64,000 nucleotides of DNA from Mustelus asterias (lineage: Eukaryota): contig NC_135801.1 in NCBI RefSeq assembly GCF_964213995.1, positions 8,060,001 through 8,124,000 of the forward strand, read 5' to 3'. The position numbers were made by a program, and so were the translations under genes. The notes under the pieces are model-generated. The model did not search any database, had not been told where the DNA came from, and was given only the letters and a program-made list of their open reading frames with translations. Shown here one piece after another: positions 38,600 to 51,624 of this stretch; position 1 is the stretch's first letter; each line of letters opens with the position of its first letter.

Positions 38600-40060
38600 T
38601 GGGGATGTTCACTGATGATTGCACAATGTTCAGCATCATTCATGACTCCTCAGATACTGAAAGAGTCCATGTTCTTATGCAGCAAGACCTGGCCACCGTA
38701 CCAGCTTGAAATTCACAATTGTGAAATTCTGCTGAGTAACTCACCTCCTGACTCCCCAGGGCCTGCCCCCACTCTCTACAAGGCACAAGTCAGAAATAGG
38801 ATTGGACACTCGCCACTTGCCTGGGTGAGTGCAGCTCCAACAGCACTCAAGGGGGTGGCACAGTGGCACAGCGGTTAGCACTGCTGCCTCACAGCGCCAG
38901 GGTCCCCGGTTCGATTCCTGGATTGGGTCACTGTCTGTGCGGAGTTTGCACATTCTCCCCCTGTCTGCATGGAGTTCAAAGATATGCGGGTTAGGTTGAT
39001 TGGCCATGCTAAATTGCCCCTTAGTGTCAGAGTGTGGTGAACCATCGTTGGTTCCCACTAGGTAGTACTGAGCCAGGGTCTGGCCAGTACTATGTGTCTG
39101 TATATATGGTGCTGTTGGGGTTAGGGTTGGGTTGTTCTACTTGTTACTGTTGGGGTTAGGGTTGGGCTGTTCTACCTGTATTATAGTTATTATGGTACAT
39201 CCCAGTCGGGCTCCGCCTCCTGGGAGAGGTATAAAGGTCACTGCTCTGTCTGGGACCCCTCAGTCTGGGATCGTGTACTATATATGGTAGCTCTATTGTA
39301 ATAGTTAATAAAAGCCTTTATTTCCTCGAGCATCTCTAGCCTCGTGAGTTATATCGCGCATCACAGAGGGACTCGCTAGAGTAAATGCATGGGGCTGTGG
39401 GGATGGGGCCTGCGTGGGATTGTGGTCGGTGCAGACTCGATGGGCCAAATGGCCTCCTTCTGCACTGTAGGATTCTATGATTCTGTGAAGAGGCTTGACA
39501 CCATCCAGGACAAAGCAGCCTGCTTGATTGGCATCCCGTCCACCATCTTAAACATTCGCTCCCTCCACCACCATGGCAGCAGTATGTACAATCTTTAAGA
39601 TGCACAGTAGCAACTCACAAAAGGTTCCTTGGGCAGCACCTTCCAAACCCACAACCTCTACCACCTAGAATGACAAGGGCAGCAAATGCATGGAAACAGT
39701 GACCCTTACAAGTTCCTCTCCAAACCATCCTGCCCTGATACTGTATTCCAGTCTGATGAAGGGTCATCCAGACGCGAAACGTTGGCTCTGTTCTCTCTTC
39801 ACAGATGCTGTCAAACCCGCTGAGATTTTCCATGATTTTCTGTTTCTGTTTCAGATTCCAGCAACCGCAGTATTTTGCGTTTATTATACTGCATTCCAGT
39901 TCCTTTGCTGTCTCTGCGTTGAAATCCTTCCTTCCTAACAGCACTGTGGGTGTTCCTGCGCCAATTGGACTGTAGCAATTCAAGAAGGTGGCTCACCACC
40001 ACCTTCTCAAGGGCAATTAGGAATGGGCAATAAATGCTGGCCTAGTCGGTGATGTCTACA
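38600..40060 (+). mobile_element. Crack/Daphne-like LINE 3' fragment with nested HE1 SINE (38851-39485), solo LTR and Penelope-derived repeat
   Basis: LYKAQVR....SPLAW.SAAPT.LK resumes as RLDTIQDKAACLIG after the SINE. Confidence 0.75.
39033..39363 (+). mobile_element. Solo LTR, 331 bp (copy 1)
   Basis: TG...CA ends, TATAAA and AATAAA signals, 5-bp TSD CAGAG. Confidence 0.9.
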
Positions 40061-40544
40061 TCCTGTAAAGGATGAAATTGACTAAAATATATGCTGCCCT
40101 GGAGAGTCAACGTTAGTTTTTGTGCACAAGGAGTGGGACCAGGTAAGATTCAGATCTTACAGCTGACAGTCCATACTGGGAAAGGCCTGGACAGACAGAT
40201 GTCTTTCAATTGGTTTTTGAAAAGCAAAAATGCTTCCAGAATTTAATGGAATGTTACTGAATCACTGTCAAAGCATTTACTGTGAAATGGGAACGGTAAT
40301 GGCTGACATTATGTCCTATGCGGTAAAATTTTACTGATCATATTTGACACAATTATGCATGCATGAAAATGCATCGTTCTGAATTATTTTAGGAAATTCA
40401 ATGTTTATCAGTGTTTATCTGACAAACAAGGAATTTTATCAGCTGTGAAATGTTTTAATGTTTTATCTCATACAAGGGCATATAAAATCTTGAGGTAACC
40501 AGTATCGCTTTCATATCCGTTGCAAATTACACACTATTTTTAAA

Positions 40545-41217
40545 AAAATTATTTGTAGAACACGGACGTCACTGGCTGGGTCAGCATTTATTGCCCATCA
40601 CTAGTTGCCCTTGAAGTTCAATTGAGAGTCAACCACATTGCTGTGGCTCTGGAGTCACATGTTGGCCAGACCGGATAAGGGCAGCACATTTCTTCCCTGA
40701 AGGACATTAGTGAACCAAATGGGTTTTTCCAACAATTGATAATGGTTTGATGGTCATCAGTAGATTCTTAATTCCAGATCTTTTTAAAAAAAATTGAATT
40801 CAAATTCCACCATCTGCTGTGGCAGGATTCGAACCCTGGTCCCCAGAACATTAGCTGAGTTTCTGGATTAATTGCCCAGCAATAATACCACGAGAATCAT
40901 AAAATCCCTACAGTATAGAAGGAGGCCATTTGACCTATTGAGTCTATACCAACCACAATGCCACCCAGGCCCTATTGCCGCAACCCCACACATTTACCCT
41001 GCTAATCCCCCTGACACTGGGGTCAATTTAACATGGCCAATCAACCTAACCTGCACATCTTTGGACTGTGGGAGGAAACTGGAGCACCCAGAGGAAACCC
41101 ACGCAGACACGGGGAGAATGTGCAAACTCCACACACACAGTGATCTGAGGGCGGAATTGAACCTGGGACCCTGGTGTTGTGAGGCTGCAGTGCTAACCAC
41201 TGTGCCAACATGCCACC
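40545..41217 (-). mobile_element. SINE family B (40545-40890) with an adjacent HE1 SINE (40893-41217)
   Basis: Each matches its family consensus. Confidence 0.85.
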
Positions 41218-41517
41218 CATTGCCTCCCCCATATAGCTACTCACAGTTATCAAGTAGTGGAAAATCTCAACAGCCCTTCTTCATTTAGTGGGTCAGAACA
41301 CTTCTTATAGGAATGAGTGCTGGAGAATTCCACAATTATTATTTTTTCTTGCTGCTTGTTTGGGTTAACATCAATTCTTCATAAAGGCTTGTCACAAGCA
41401 GACTGGAGCCAACTTAGATAAAGAAGTTAGTTTCCACTTGTCTATGCATCAGCTTCGTAAGTCCTAACAATCTGTACTGACGGGCTTGGACGAGCAGGCC
41501 ATGTATACACCCAGATA

Positions 41518-41706
41518 GAAGTCTCACAACACCAGGTTAAAGTCCAACAGGTTTATTTGGTAGCAAATACCATAAGCTTTCAGAGCGCTGCTCCTTCGTC
41601 AGATGGAGTGAAAATGTGCTCTCAAACAGGGCACAGAGACACAAAATCAAGTTACAGAATACTGATTAGAATGCGAATCCCTACAGCCAGCCAGGTCTTA
41701 AAGGTC
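41518..41706 (-). mobile_element. Penelope-like pseudo-LTR fragment
   Basis: Same family as 49957-50351, flanked by a 12-bp direct repeat TACACCCAGATA (41506-41517 and 41707-41718). Confidence 0.8.
41570..41606 (-). ncRNA. Minimal type I hammerhead ribozyme motif
   Basis: ccau CUGACGA a ggagc-agc-gcucu GAAA gc UU augg. Confidence 0.65.
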
Positions 41707-44087
41707 TACACCCAGATACCCATGGGCTATATGTTCCTCTCTTTAACTGTGGTTACACAGAGCGGAAAGCCCTTAATTCATGTCTCAGCTATGGCACAGT
41801 CCATTTGGAAATTAACAGGTTGTGGTTCATTAATATTTGTTCTGGCTGGCCTCCCCTCTTCCTCCCGACATAATACTCTCCTGCTTGTATCTCAACTACA
41901 ACCAAATCTTGCTCACTCATCATCCCGAATGCTTGCTGACTTATATTGGCTCTAGGTCCAGCAGCACGGTGCTGTCCATCAAGACCAGCTCGGCATGGAG
42001 ATTGTAGTAACTTCATCAGCGACTCATTGTGGCTTCAAGTTATGAAAGGTTTATTAAGAACACTATTTATATATGAACAAGCGATGGTCTACAGAACTGA
42101 AATACACATCCAGTCTCTTCTGTCCCCGGCTTCAATTGAAGTTCCTCCCTGACCCGGGACGCGCACCCTTGCACCCGATTGGCTTCCCGCACTGCCATCT
42201 CATAGGGTCTGGCCCGATCACGTGGCCCTCAGGGATCAGCCCCACAAAGAGACGCAGAGATGGAGGGAGGAACTGGTCTGCCCTGGCTAGGCCAGTGTTC
42301 TTTGCCCATCTCTAATTACCCTCGAGAAAGCTTTCTTCAACCAGGGCAGTCCATGTGGTGTAGGAGCTCCAGGATTTTGATCCAGTGACGGTGAAGGAAC
42401 AGCCTTGTATTTCCAAGTTAGGATGGTGGATGATTTGGCAGGAAACTTGCAGATGGTGGTATTCCTGTGCCATCTGCTGTCTTTCTCTTTCCAGGTGGTA
42501 GAGGCCGTGGGTTTGAAAGGCGCCGGCGAAGGAGCTTTGGTATTTTGCTGCAGTGCATCTTGTAAGCTATATACACTGCTGTCACTGTGCGTCAGTGCTG
42601 GAGTGAATATTTAAGATGGTGGATGGGGTGCCAAACAAGTGAATTACTTGGTCTTGGTTGGTGTTGTGCTTCTTGAGTATTCAGAGTCATACAGTACAGA
42701 AACAGGCCCTTTGGTCAACCACGTCTATGCCAGCCATCAAATACCAATCTGTACTAATCTCATTTACCAGCACTTGATCCCTAGCCTACTCTGCTTTGGT
42801 GATTTAAGTGCTCATCCAGATGCTTCTTAACTGTAGCGAGAGTACCTGCCTCCACCACCCTCTCAGGTGGCACGTTCCATATTTTCACCACCTTCTGGGT
42901 GAAAATATCTCCTCCACCACTTCCTCACTTTAAAACTATGCCCTCTGGTCTTAGATGCCTCTGTCATTGGGGAAAAGATTCTTTTGACCTACCTTATCTA
43001 TACCTCACCTAATTTTGTACACCTCTATCAGAGGTGTTGGAGCTGCACTCATCCAGGGAAGTGCAGAATATTCCATCACACTCCTGACTTCTGCCTTGTA
43101 GATCGCCATTCAGACTTTGGTGAAGATCAAGTGTTGAATCAAGCCCAAGATACAGTGCAATGCCTCATCTTGTCATCTTGGAACTTGTTTGTCTCTCTTG
43201 TGGGGACCATGAATTGGATTCAATTGGATTTTGAATTTGGTTTGTGAAGCCAGCGAGGAATGGATTTGGGTTTGCCTGGTCCACTCTGAGCATTGGCTTT
43301 GTAACTTTACGAATGGAGTCAGGAAGTGAATTATTTTCTGCAGAACTCCCAGCCTCTGACCTGCTCTTAAAACCCCAGTACTTTTATGGCCCGTCCACTT
43401 CAGTTTCTGGTCAATGGCAACCCCTAGGATGTGGGGGTAGGGCCTGGGTGGGATTGTGGTCGGTGCAGACTCGATGGGCCGAATGGCCTCCTTCTGCACT
43501 GTAGGGATTCTATGATGTGTGGCACAGCATTGCTACACTGAGGGGCATATCTTCCTGCAAGCTGTTAAAGACACCAATTATTAAGAATGATGGTTCCAAA
43601 CAAATATGGGAAAAGAGAAGAACATAAATAGTAAACTAATAATGTGAAAATAGGACTTTGTGTTTGGCTTTGAACCATCCATTGCATCACCCAGAACTGT
43701 ACTTACTGTGTGAAGAGAATGTTGCAGCTATAAAATTGTTTGAAGCAAAAATCACAGAGATAAAATCAATTTTACACGGCTTCATTTCTGTAATCTGCCC
43801 AATCCTGCAGGCTAAGTACACTCTGCCCTGTATCTACCGTTAATAACTTTGAATTAACTATTAACATGCCCGTTCGACATCCCAAGGCTATGTTGGCATA
43901 AAAAGGTCATGTACAAGGCTACTGCTTAGAATTCTTCAGCTCACCAGAGGTAAGATGCTTTAATGCAGTGCTTTGTTGATCTGGAACACACTGTCTGAAT
44001 GATAATGTCTGATGGAAGTAGATTCCATACTAACTTTCAAAAGGAGAATGGGTAAATACTTGAAGTAAAGGTTCGCAGGCTTAAAAC

Positions 44088-44400
44088 TCATAGAATTCCT
44101 ACAGTGCAGAAGGAGGCCTTTTAACCCATCAAGCCGACACTGACAACAATCCCACCCAGGCCCCATCCCCATAACCCCTACCAGTCCCCCTGACACTAAA
44201 GGGCAATTTAGCATGGCCAATCCACCTAACCTGCATATCTTTGGACTGTGGGAGGAAACCGGAGCACCCGAAGGAAACCCACGCTGACACAGGGAGAACA
44301 TACAAATTCCACACAGGCAGTCACCCAAGGCTGGAATTGAACCTGTGTTCCTTTGGCGCTGTGAGGCAGCAGTGCTAACCACTGTGCCACGGTGCTGCCT
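44088..44400 (-). mobile_element. HE1 SINE
   Basis: Matches the family consensus. Confidence 0.85.
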
Positions 44401-45444
44401 TAAGGGGGAGGGCTGTGGGTGTAATCAGTTAGCTCTTTCAGAGAGCTACCATTGACGTGATAGGCTGAATGGGTTCCTCCTGCATTGTGTCATCCTATGA
44501 AATCACATAAAATTCAAAATGAATATCGAATGCTTTCAGAGCAGCCAGAGTTTCAGTCGAATCTAAATAATATTAACTTCAATTTTTCAAAGTTAAAAAA
44601 AAGCACAACTTCAGAGAATAGTCAATTTAGCAGGGGTGAGATCAAATAGGATGTGACATTATATCCCCAGATACAGGTATGTTGGAATACAGACAAACCC
44701 TTTTCTTTCCACTATCTGGCAGTCCTCTCAATGGAATCTACAAATACACTTAACTTGCTCAGTAATTCATTCTTAACTCTGTTTCAGACCTCTATTGTGG
44801 CCGAGGAAAATACCATTGGGACTTCTCTCACAATAGGAAGAGATTGAAATGACACAAGTATTTTGTACAAAACACTGCATTTATAAACTTTCGCAGATGT
44901 TGAGCAGAACGTGTGGAGAAAGTCACGCGGATGTCGATGTTTTTACGAGGTGTCCCCCTTTGCTCATTTTAATTGAAGTGGTTGAGAGAATTTGGACTCA
45001 CCACCTGTTTCACGTGATGAGAATGTAATTATCACTCGGTGAAGTTCCACATCATGAATTTCACACCAGCACAAAAGAATGAACTTCCATGAGGCTGGGC
45101 TAGCTCTGTTGCCTATTGACTGGTCAATAGTTGGCATTCTTCCCTGGGGAGGGTATGGAGATTGGAGTTTAAACATGCCAACAGTTCTGGTTGCCCAGGG
45201 AACAACCACATAGGAAGGTAGCAGTGCTCGGCGCCCTCACCTGCCTCTCAGCTCGCATTACTTCCCATCACATTGATCTGATACCTTTCTAGATTGCCCA
45301 CCGCAGGACCAATTGGGACACACAATCAGACGTGGCAGTGCCCAGAACTGGAAGAGGTGCTTTGGTTTTCCAGACATTTACCTACATGTCCTCCTTGAGG
45401 AAAGGGATATCAGCAAACACTTAACCGCCAATCTTTATTTAAGC

Positions 45445-46042
45445 ATGGCCCAGTGGTTAGCACTGCTGTCTTATGGCGCCAGGGACCTGGGTTCGATTCC
45501 CGGCTTGGGTCCCTGTCTGTGCGGACTCTGCACATGCTCCCTGTGTCTGTGTGGGTTTCCTCTGGGTGCTCCGATTTCCTCCCACAGTTTAAAGACATAC
45601 AGGTTAGGTGCATTGACCATGCTAAATTGGGCGGCATGGTGGCACAGTGGTTAGCACTGCTGCCTCACAACGCCAGGGACCCGGGTTCAAATCAAGCCTC
45701 AGGTTACTGTCGTGTGGAGTTTGCATGTTCTCCCCGTGTCTGTGTGGGTTTCCTCCGGGTGCTCCGGTTTCCTCCCACAGTCTGAAAGATGTGTGGGTTA
45801 GGCTGATTGGCCATCCTAAAATGACCTCAGTGTCAGGGGATTAGCAGGGTAAATATATGGGGTTATGGGGATAGGGCCTGGCTGGGATTGTGGTTAGTGC
45901 AGACTCAATGCTTCTGCACTGTAGGTATTCTATGATTCTATGATTAAATTCTCCCTCAGTGTACCCGAACAGGCGCCAGGGTGTAGCAACTAGGCGATTT
46001 TCACAGCAACTTCATTGCAGTGTTAATGTAAGCCTACTTGTG
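45445..46042 (+). mobile_element. Alternative-tail SINE with a nested HE1 SINE (45629-45944)
   Basis: TAAATT is duplicated on both sides of the nested copy. Confidence 0.85.
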
Positions 46043-46666
46043 ACACTAATAAATAAAATAAAGTATTTAGAGCATCTATAAAGAGAGACTGCTGTGACAG
46101 TGAGTTGAGTCTGTGTCAGGAAGAAATGTGTAATGCTGTACCCTGTACATGAAGGAACTATTAAAAAAGCAATCTGTGTCATGATTTATAATTCACCATC
46201 TGGTTTGGGATCCATTTATTACTTTGATAATTTCAGCAAAATTCTTGTGACACTTTCTTCCTGTACACAAGTGCGGATACTTTCACATCATAGGTTCCTG
46301 ATTTACATACTCAAAGAGGCCTATTCGCTGAAACAGGCAAGCTCTTTGAACATCCTTGGAGCTGGCCCAGCTGCCGCTGTGAACAGAGTGGTGAGGACAC
46401 CACTCCATTTTCAGCCTATCACTGCATGCTGTAGACCAGGCAGAAGCAGCCAAGATCGCAACACCCAATCGTCACCCCCCTCCCCAATGAATCTAGCAAA
46501 GACTCAGCCATGATGGAGCTTCATGAAGGAACTTCTTCTGCAGCAGTTAACAGGATTTACAGACTCCTCTTCCAGTGCAGAAACAGGCCATTCGGCCCAT
46601 CTGGTCCATATGCTCTACACCAAGCCTCAGCTCAACCCTCTTCACCTCACCCTTTGAATAAATTGT

Positions 46667-46992
46667 AGAATCATAGGATCCCTTCAGTGCAGAAGGAGGC
46701 CATTTGGCCCATCAAGCTTACACCAACAACAATCCCACCCAGGTCCTATCCCCGTAACTCCACATATTTACCCTGCAAATCCGCCTGGCACTCAGGGGCA
46801 ATTTAGCGTGACCAATCCACCTAACCCGCACATCTTTGATGTGTGCGAGTAAACTGGAGCATCCGGAGGAAACCCACGCAGACATGGGGAGAATGTGCAA
46901 ACTCCACACAGACAGTCACCCGAGGTCGGAATTGAACCCGGGTCCCTAGTGCTGTGAGGCAGCAGTGCTAACCACTGTGCCACCGTGCCGCC
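46667..46992 (-). mobile_element. HE1 SINE
   Basis: Matches the family consensus. Confidence 0.88.
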
Positions 46993-47847
46993 CTTTCATT
47001 GCATGGAAAGCTTCTTATTGAGACTCCCCACTCAGTTAAACTCTCCCATGCAAACTTTGTGTGACAGGAGAACCCTGGAAACATGTCTTCACAGAACAAA
47101 CCACTCATGCCAGAGGTTTGTGAAGAAATTGCAATGCGAGGCAGATATATGTGTCAATATTGGAGAACTTGATCAAATTAAAATGAGGGCACTTCAACCT
47201 CCAGAATTACAGAGCCACACAGCAATCAAAAAATTTATACTGAATTCCCGTCTATTTAAGAAAAGATTGCTTCTTTTCTCACCCAAAAGGCAGATTGTAG
47301 CGCAATTGAACTGTAACTATTATGGTATCATGTCAAAAGTCTCGTTCAATAATGTTCCCAGATACGATTGCAGCAGGAAATGATATTTTCACTTTGGTGT
47401 ACAGTTAATATATTTTCAGTTGAGAGAGGTTAGCACTCCACACTGTTGGGGAATATTGGGAAAAGTGAATTAAAGTGGCAGGATGTGCGACAAGTCATGA
47501 TTTCAATCCAACAGGCAGTAAGTGTACGGTAGAGAAATTTGTGCAGGATGACCTTGTTGAAGTGTACACGAGGAACAATTCTAAATCAAATTAATGTCTG
47601 CTATGACATTAGATCAGAGTAATCCCAACGGCATGTGTTTCGGTCCCCGCTCCGGCTGAGATAGCCTCGGGTTCGCTCCTCTTCAGTTCTCTGGACAACG
47701 GCAGGTCCGACCCAAAGTGCCAAAACTCCTAAATCCACCCCCGCCAGAACGGGGATTGAACACCATGCCTGGCACCAAAACCTGACCCACACCGGACCTC
47801 CAATCAACTGAGCCAACCAGCACCCTCCACCAAGGTGCAAACCTTAG

Positions 47848-48508
47848 GGGGAGGTGATGGCCTAGTGGTATTATCGCTCGACTATTTATCCAAAAACTCA
47901 GCCAATGTTTTGGAGACCTGGGTTCGACTACCGCCACAGCAGGTGATGGAATTTGAATTCAATACAAAATATCTGGAATTAAGAATCTACTGATGACCAT
48001 GAAACTGTTGTCGATTATCGGAAAAACCCATCTGGTTCACTAGGGTGGCATGGTGGCGCAGTGGTTAGCACTGCTGCCTCACAGCGCCAGGGACCCGGGT
48101 TCGATTCCCGGGTTGGGTCACTGTCTGTGTGGAGTCTGCACGTTCGCCTCGTGTCTGCGTGGGTTTCTTCCGGGTGCTCTAGTTTCCTCCCACAGTCCGA
48201 AAGATGTGCTGGTAAGGTGCGTTGGCCATGCTAAATTCTCCCGAACAGGTGCTGGAGTGTGGCGACTCGGGGAATTTCAGAGTAACTTCATTGCGGTGTC
48301 AATGTAAACCTACTTATGAAACTCATAAAGAAACTTTAATGTCCTTGAGTGAAGGAAATCTGTCATCCTTACCTGGTCTGGCCTGCATGTGACTCCAGAG
48401 CCACAACAATGTGGTTGACTCTCAACTGCCCTCCAAGGGCAACTAGGGATGGGCAATAAATGCTGGTCAGCCAGCGACACCCATGTCCTACGAATGGTTA
48501 AAAAAAAC
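47848..48508 (+). mobile_element. SINE family B with a nested alternative-tail SINE (48043-48336)
   Basis: Insertion point at TGGTTCAC^TAATG. Confidence 0.85.
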
Positions 48509-48701
48509 ATGCAACTTTACATGCACGCTATAATCTGGAGCATTCGACAGTGAAAGTGGAGGCTCTAATTTCTTTCCATCACATGGCTCTCCTGGAGTCG
48601 CTCCTGTTTTTATCACTTGCCATCAGTGTTTGTTGGAAGGATTTACAAGTTGATAACAATTTGTTTGACCGCGTTACGAAGCCACCTTCCTCGGCCATCA
48701 C

Positions 48702-49908
48702 ATCTCCCTCAAGTGATTTATTCCAAGTGTGAATTTAGATATTGACTGTTGACAGGTTGTTTAGCATTAAAGATCATTAAATGTGATACAACTCCTGCCC
48801 TCACATCAGGATGGGTTTAATGGGAATCATCTCCCCAGTTTGCAACTTTACACATCAGGGCTGTCTTGAACTTGGAGCTTCTGGCTCAGAGTCAGGGATG
48901 CTGCCCACTGTGCCACAAGACCCTGCGCCTTGCTCCAAAATCATGGAACTTTGCCATGCATCCGCGAATAATCGCCAAGGATCTGCCTTTGGGCCGAGAA
49001 CTAGAGATGACGATAACAGTTGCAGTAACTGATTTGCAGTTACTATTTCCCTCATAACTAACGAGATGGAAAGAATGCAATCTCCTTTGGGATTTCAATG
49101 GTAAGATTCAGAGGAGAATAAGAAGAATCAAGAATAACAGGTGAGGCTGTACTTCATGCATGACATACACATAGACCCTTGCCCTAGCACCCTCCTTACT
49201 GACTCAGGCATTCCTTCTTTGCCATGTTTTCAGCACAGTCTATGCCACCTTTTGGGTACCAACTCGCAGACAACTCATACCAGAGAGGCCACCTTTGCAA
49301 ATCTCCCTCCACTGGACCCTTCCAAATCCAGCAGCAGTGAAACAAGCAGAGTTTCCCTGCCAGTAAGTGTGGTGAACCATTGTTGGTTCCCACCAGGTAG
49401 TGCTGAGCCAGGGTCTGGCCAGTACTATGAGTCTGTATATATGTTACTGTTGGGGTTAGGGTTGGGCTGTTCTACATGTTACTGTTGGGGTTAGGGTTGG
49501 GCTGTTCTACCTGTAATATAGTTCTTATGGTACATCTCATTCGGGTTCCGCCTCCTGGGAGAGGTATAAAGGTCACTGCTCTGTCTGGGACCCTTTAGTC
49601 TGGGATCGTGTATTATATATGGTAGCTCTATTGTTGTAGTCAATAAAAGCCTTTATTTCCCCGAGTACCTCTAGCCTCGTGAGTTATATCGCGCATCAGT
49701 AAGATGAACTGATGGGCAGAAAGTCCAGTGATTATTCTGACCTAGACAGCCCTGATTTGTAAAGCTGCAAACTGGGGAGATGATTCCCATTAAACCCATC
49801 CTGATGTGAGGACAGGAGTTGCATCACATTTAATGATCTTTAATGCTAAACCACCTGCCAACATTCAATATCTAAATTCATACTTGGAATAAACCACTTG
49901 GGGGAGAT
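48702..49908. mobile_element. Foldback-like element with roughly 165-bp inverted arms
   Basis: 48702-48866 is highly similar to the reverse complement of 49744-49908. Confidence 0.8.
49368..49698 (+). mobile_element. Solo LTR, 331 bp (copy 2)
   Basis: Same family as 39033-39363, with a 5-bp TSD GTAAG. Confidence 0.9.
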
Positions 49909-50007
49909 ACTGGAGAAATGTGAGGCTTTTAGTGCGAGCTGGCGATGAGGTGGGCACAGTAAGAAGTCTCACAACACCAGGTTAAAGTCCAACAGGTTTA
50001 TTTGGAA

Positions 50008-50044
50008 TCACGAGCTTTCGGAGCGCTGCTCCTTCATCAGGTGA
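50008..50044 (-). ncRNA. Minimal type I hammerhead ribozyme motif, intact core
   Basis: ucac CUGAUGA a ggagc-agc-gcucc GAAA gc UC guga, with perfect stems I and II. Confidence 0.75.
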
Positions 50045-50263
50045 ATGGAGGTTAGTTCACAAACACGGCATATATAGGCAAAGACACAACTGCAAAATAA
50101 TTTAGCCTGTGATTATCCCTCTCTCCACTCGCACTGTCTGTACCTGTAAAGACTTGATTACCTGTAAAGACTCACATCTGAACCATTCTTCACATTCCAA
50201 TCTGTAATTAGCTTGCAATTGTGTCTTTGTCTATAAATGCCATGTTTGTGAACCTACCTCCAC

Positions 50264-50300
50264 TCACCTGATGAAGGAGCAGCGATCCGAAAGCTCGTGA
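50264..50300 (+). ncRNA. Minimal type I hammerhead ribozyme motif
   Basis: ucac CUGAUGA a ggagc-agc-gaucc GAAA gc UC guga, with one stem II mismatch. Confidence 0.65.
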
Positions 50301-50640
50301 TTCCAAATAAACCTGTTGGACTTTAATCTGGTGTTGTGAGACTTCTTACTGAGCTTTTAGTAGTCGCTGCAGGGGATAAAATTGGAAGAGATACACCTTT
50401 AATTTCTAAATTCTGGATCACAGCCATTAATATGATTTCCACAGGAGTGCAACAGGCTTATACAACAGCTTAATAATTGCACCTTTTACCATATATAATG
50501 TCCCCAGTACACTTCACAACGGTCAAAATAAGCATTCATTCAGGGTAAATGCAAAATACTGCAGGTGCTGGAGTCTGAACCAAAAACAGGAAATGCTGGA
50601 AAATCTCAGCAGGTCTGACAGCATCTGTGGAGAGAGAATC

Positions 50641-50681
50641 GAGCCAACGTTTCGAGTCTGGATGACCCGTCGTCAGAGCTC
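50641..50681 (-). ncRNA. Minimal type I hammerhead ribozyme motif (second family)
   Basis: gagcu CUGACGA c ggguc-aucca-gacuc GAAA cg UU ggcuc. Confidence 0.65.
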
Positions 50682-51624
50682 GTTAAGGGTGATGGCTGCA
50701 TAGATAGGAGGTTTGTAATGTTAAGGAGAGGTTAGAAGATGGAAGGGTTGATGGACAATGTGTTTCAGAGTGTAGAGCGAGAGTTGCCCCATTCCCAGTG
50801 GAATGGAGGGAGGTTGGATGTTGAGTCTGATGATCGCAGGGTGTGGGGAGCTGCACCAGAGCTGGTGAAGACTGCTCAATAAAGGGAGGAAGCAGAACCA
50901 CAGGTGGAGTGGGGGGGGGGGGGGGGGGGGGTGGGGGGCGGCGGGGGGGGGGGGGCTGCGGTGCACAGGATGTTGTAGGTAAGGATTTTGAAATTTATTC
51001 ACTGGAGGATGATCAGAATTCAACTTTGGCAAAGCTGAATCTGTTGCGGGGAGGAATATAGTGCAGGATAGGGTGGGGATTATAGAGTTTTTGATGTGTT
51101 GCAATGTGTGATAGGCCAGCAAGGAGAACTTCGGTGTCGGGGAGTTCAGAAGTGGCAAAGGATGGTGAATGGATTCAGTAACTGCTGTTGCAGCGAGATA
51201 TGGGTGAGGGCAGCCTTCACTACATGGTGAAATAGGTGCCCAAAGTAATGGCTAGTACATGGAATCATAGAGGAGACTTAAACTTGTACTCTCAAATGTA
51301 GGCTGTGTATTCAGCTAGTGAGAGGTATAGAGTTAGGACCCAAGATCCAAAGTTTTTTAATGGCATTGAACAGGGTGACCTCAATATTGCTGTTGGCCTT
51401 GAGTTGAGGTAATTGAGGAGTGAAGAGTTGGGGTGGGGAAGGTAGACCTGGCTGTCGACTTCAGAAAGCTGATCACCAGAACGATAAACAATGTCACCCA
51501 GTACAGCTGACAAAAAGAATGAAGCTTCTAGTCGCTGTTGAGGTGATTTTTCAAGGGCAAGATGTTGTTCAAGGGCCTTTGAGGATGTTGTGCTAATTTT
51601 AATAATTTGGATCGTACGGAACAA

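Larger units (their letters stand above)
49957..50351. mobile_element. Palindromic Penelope-like element (two inverted pseudo-LTR ends)
   Basis: Arms of about 135 bp in inverted orientation, each carrying a hammerhead motif. Confidence 0.85.

Noticed and set aside
39750-39787. Functional hammerhead (also about 9550-9586, 54530-54563 and 60775-60805)
   Set aside because: Same families as the intact motifs, but each has a disrupted stem or a mutated core, so they are treated as decayed copies.
42003-42246. Additional solo LTR
   Set aside because: TGT...ACA ends and a minus-strand AATAAA are present, but the flanks do not give a matching TSD.
39033-49698. Full-length 10.6-kb LTR retrotransposon between two similar LTRs
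   Set aside because: Each LTR has its own TSD, and no gag/pol, primer-binding site or polypurine tract was seen between them.
50690-51620. Protein-coding ORFs at 50721-51158 and 51292-51624
   Set aside because: Low-complexity or unrecognisable translations between Penelope fragments; likely decayed repeat sequence.
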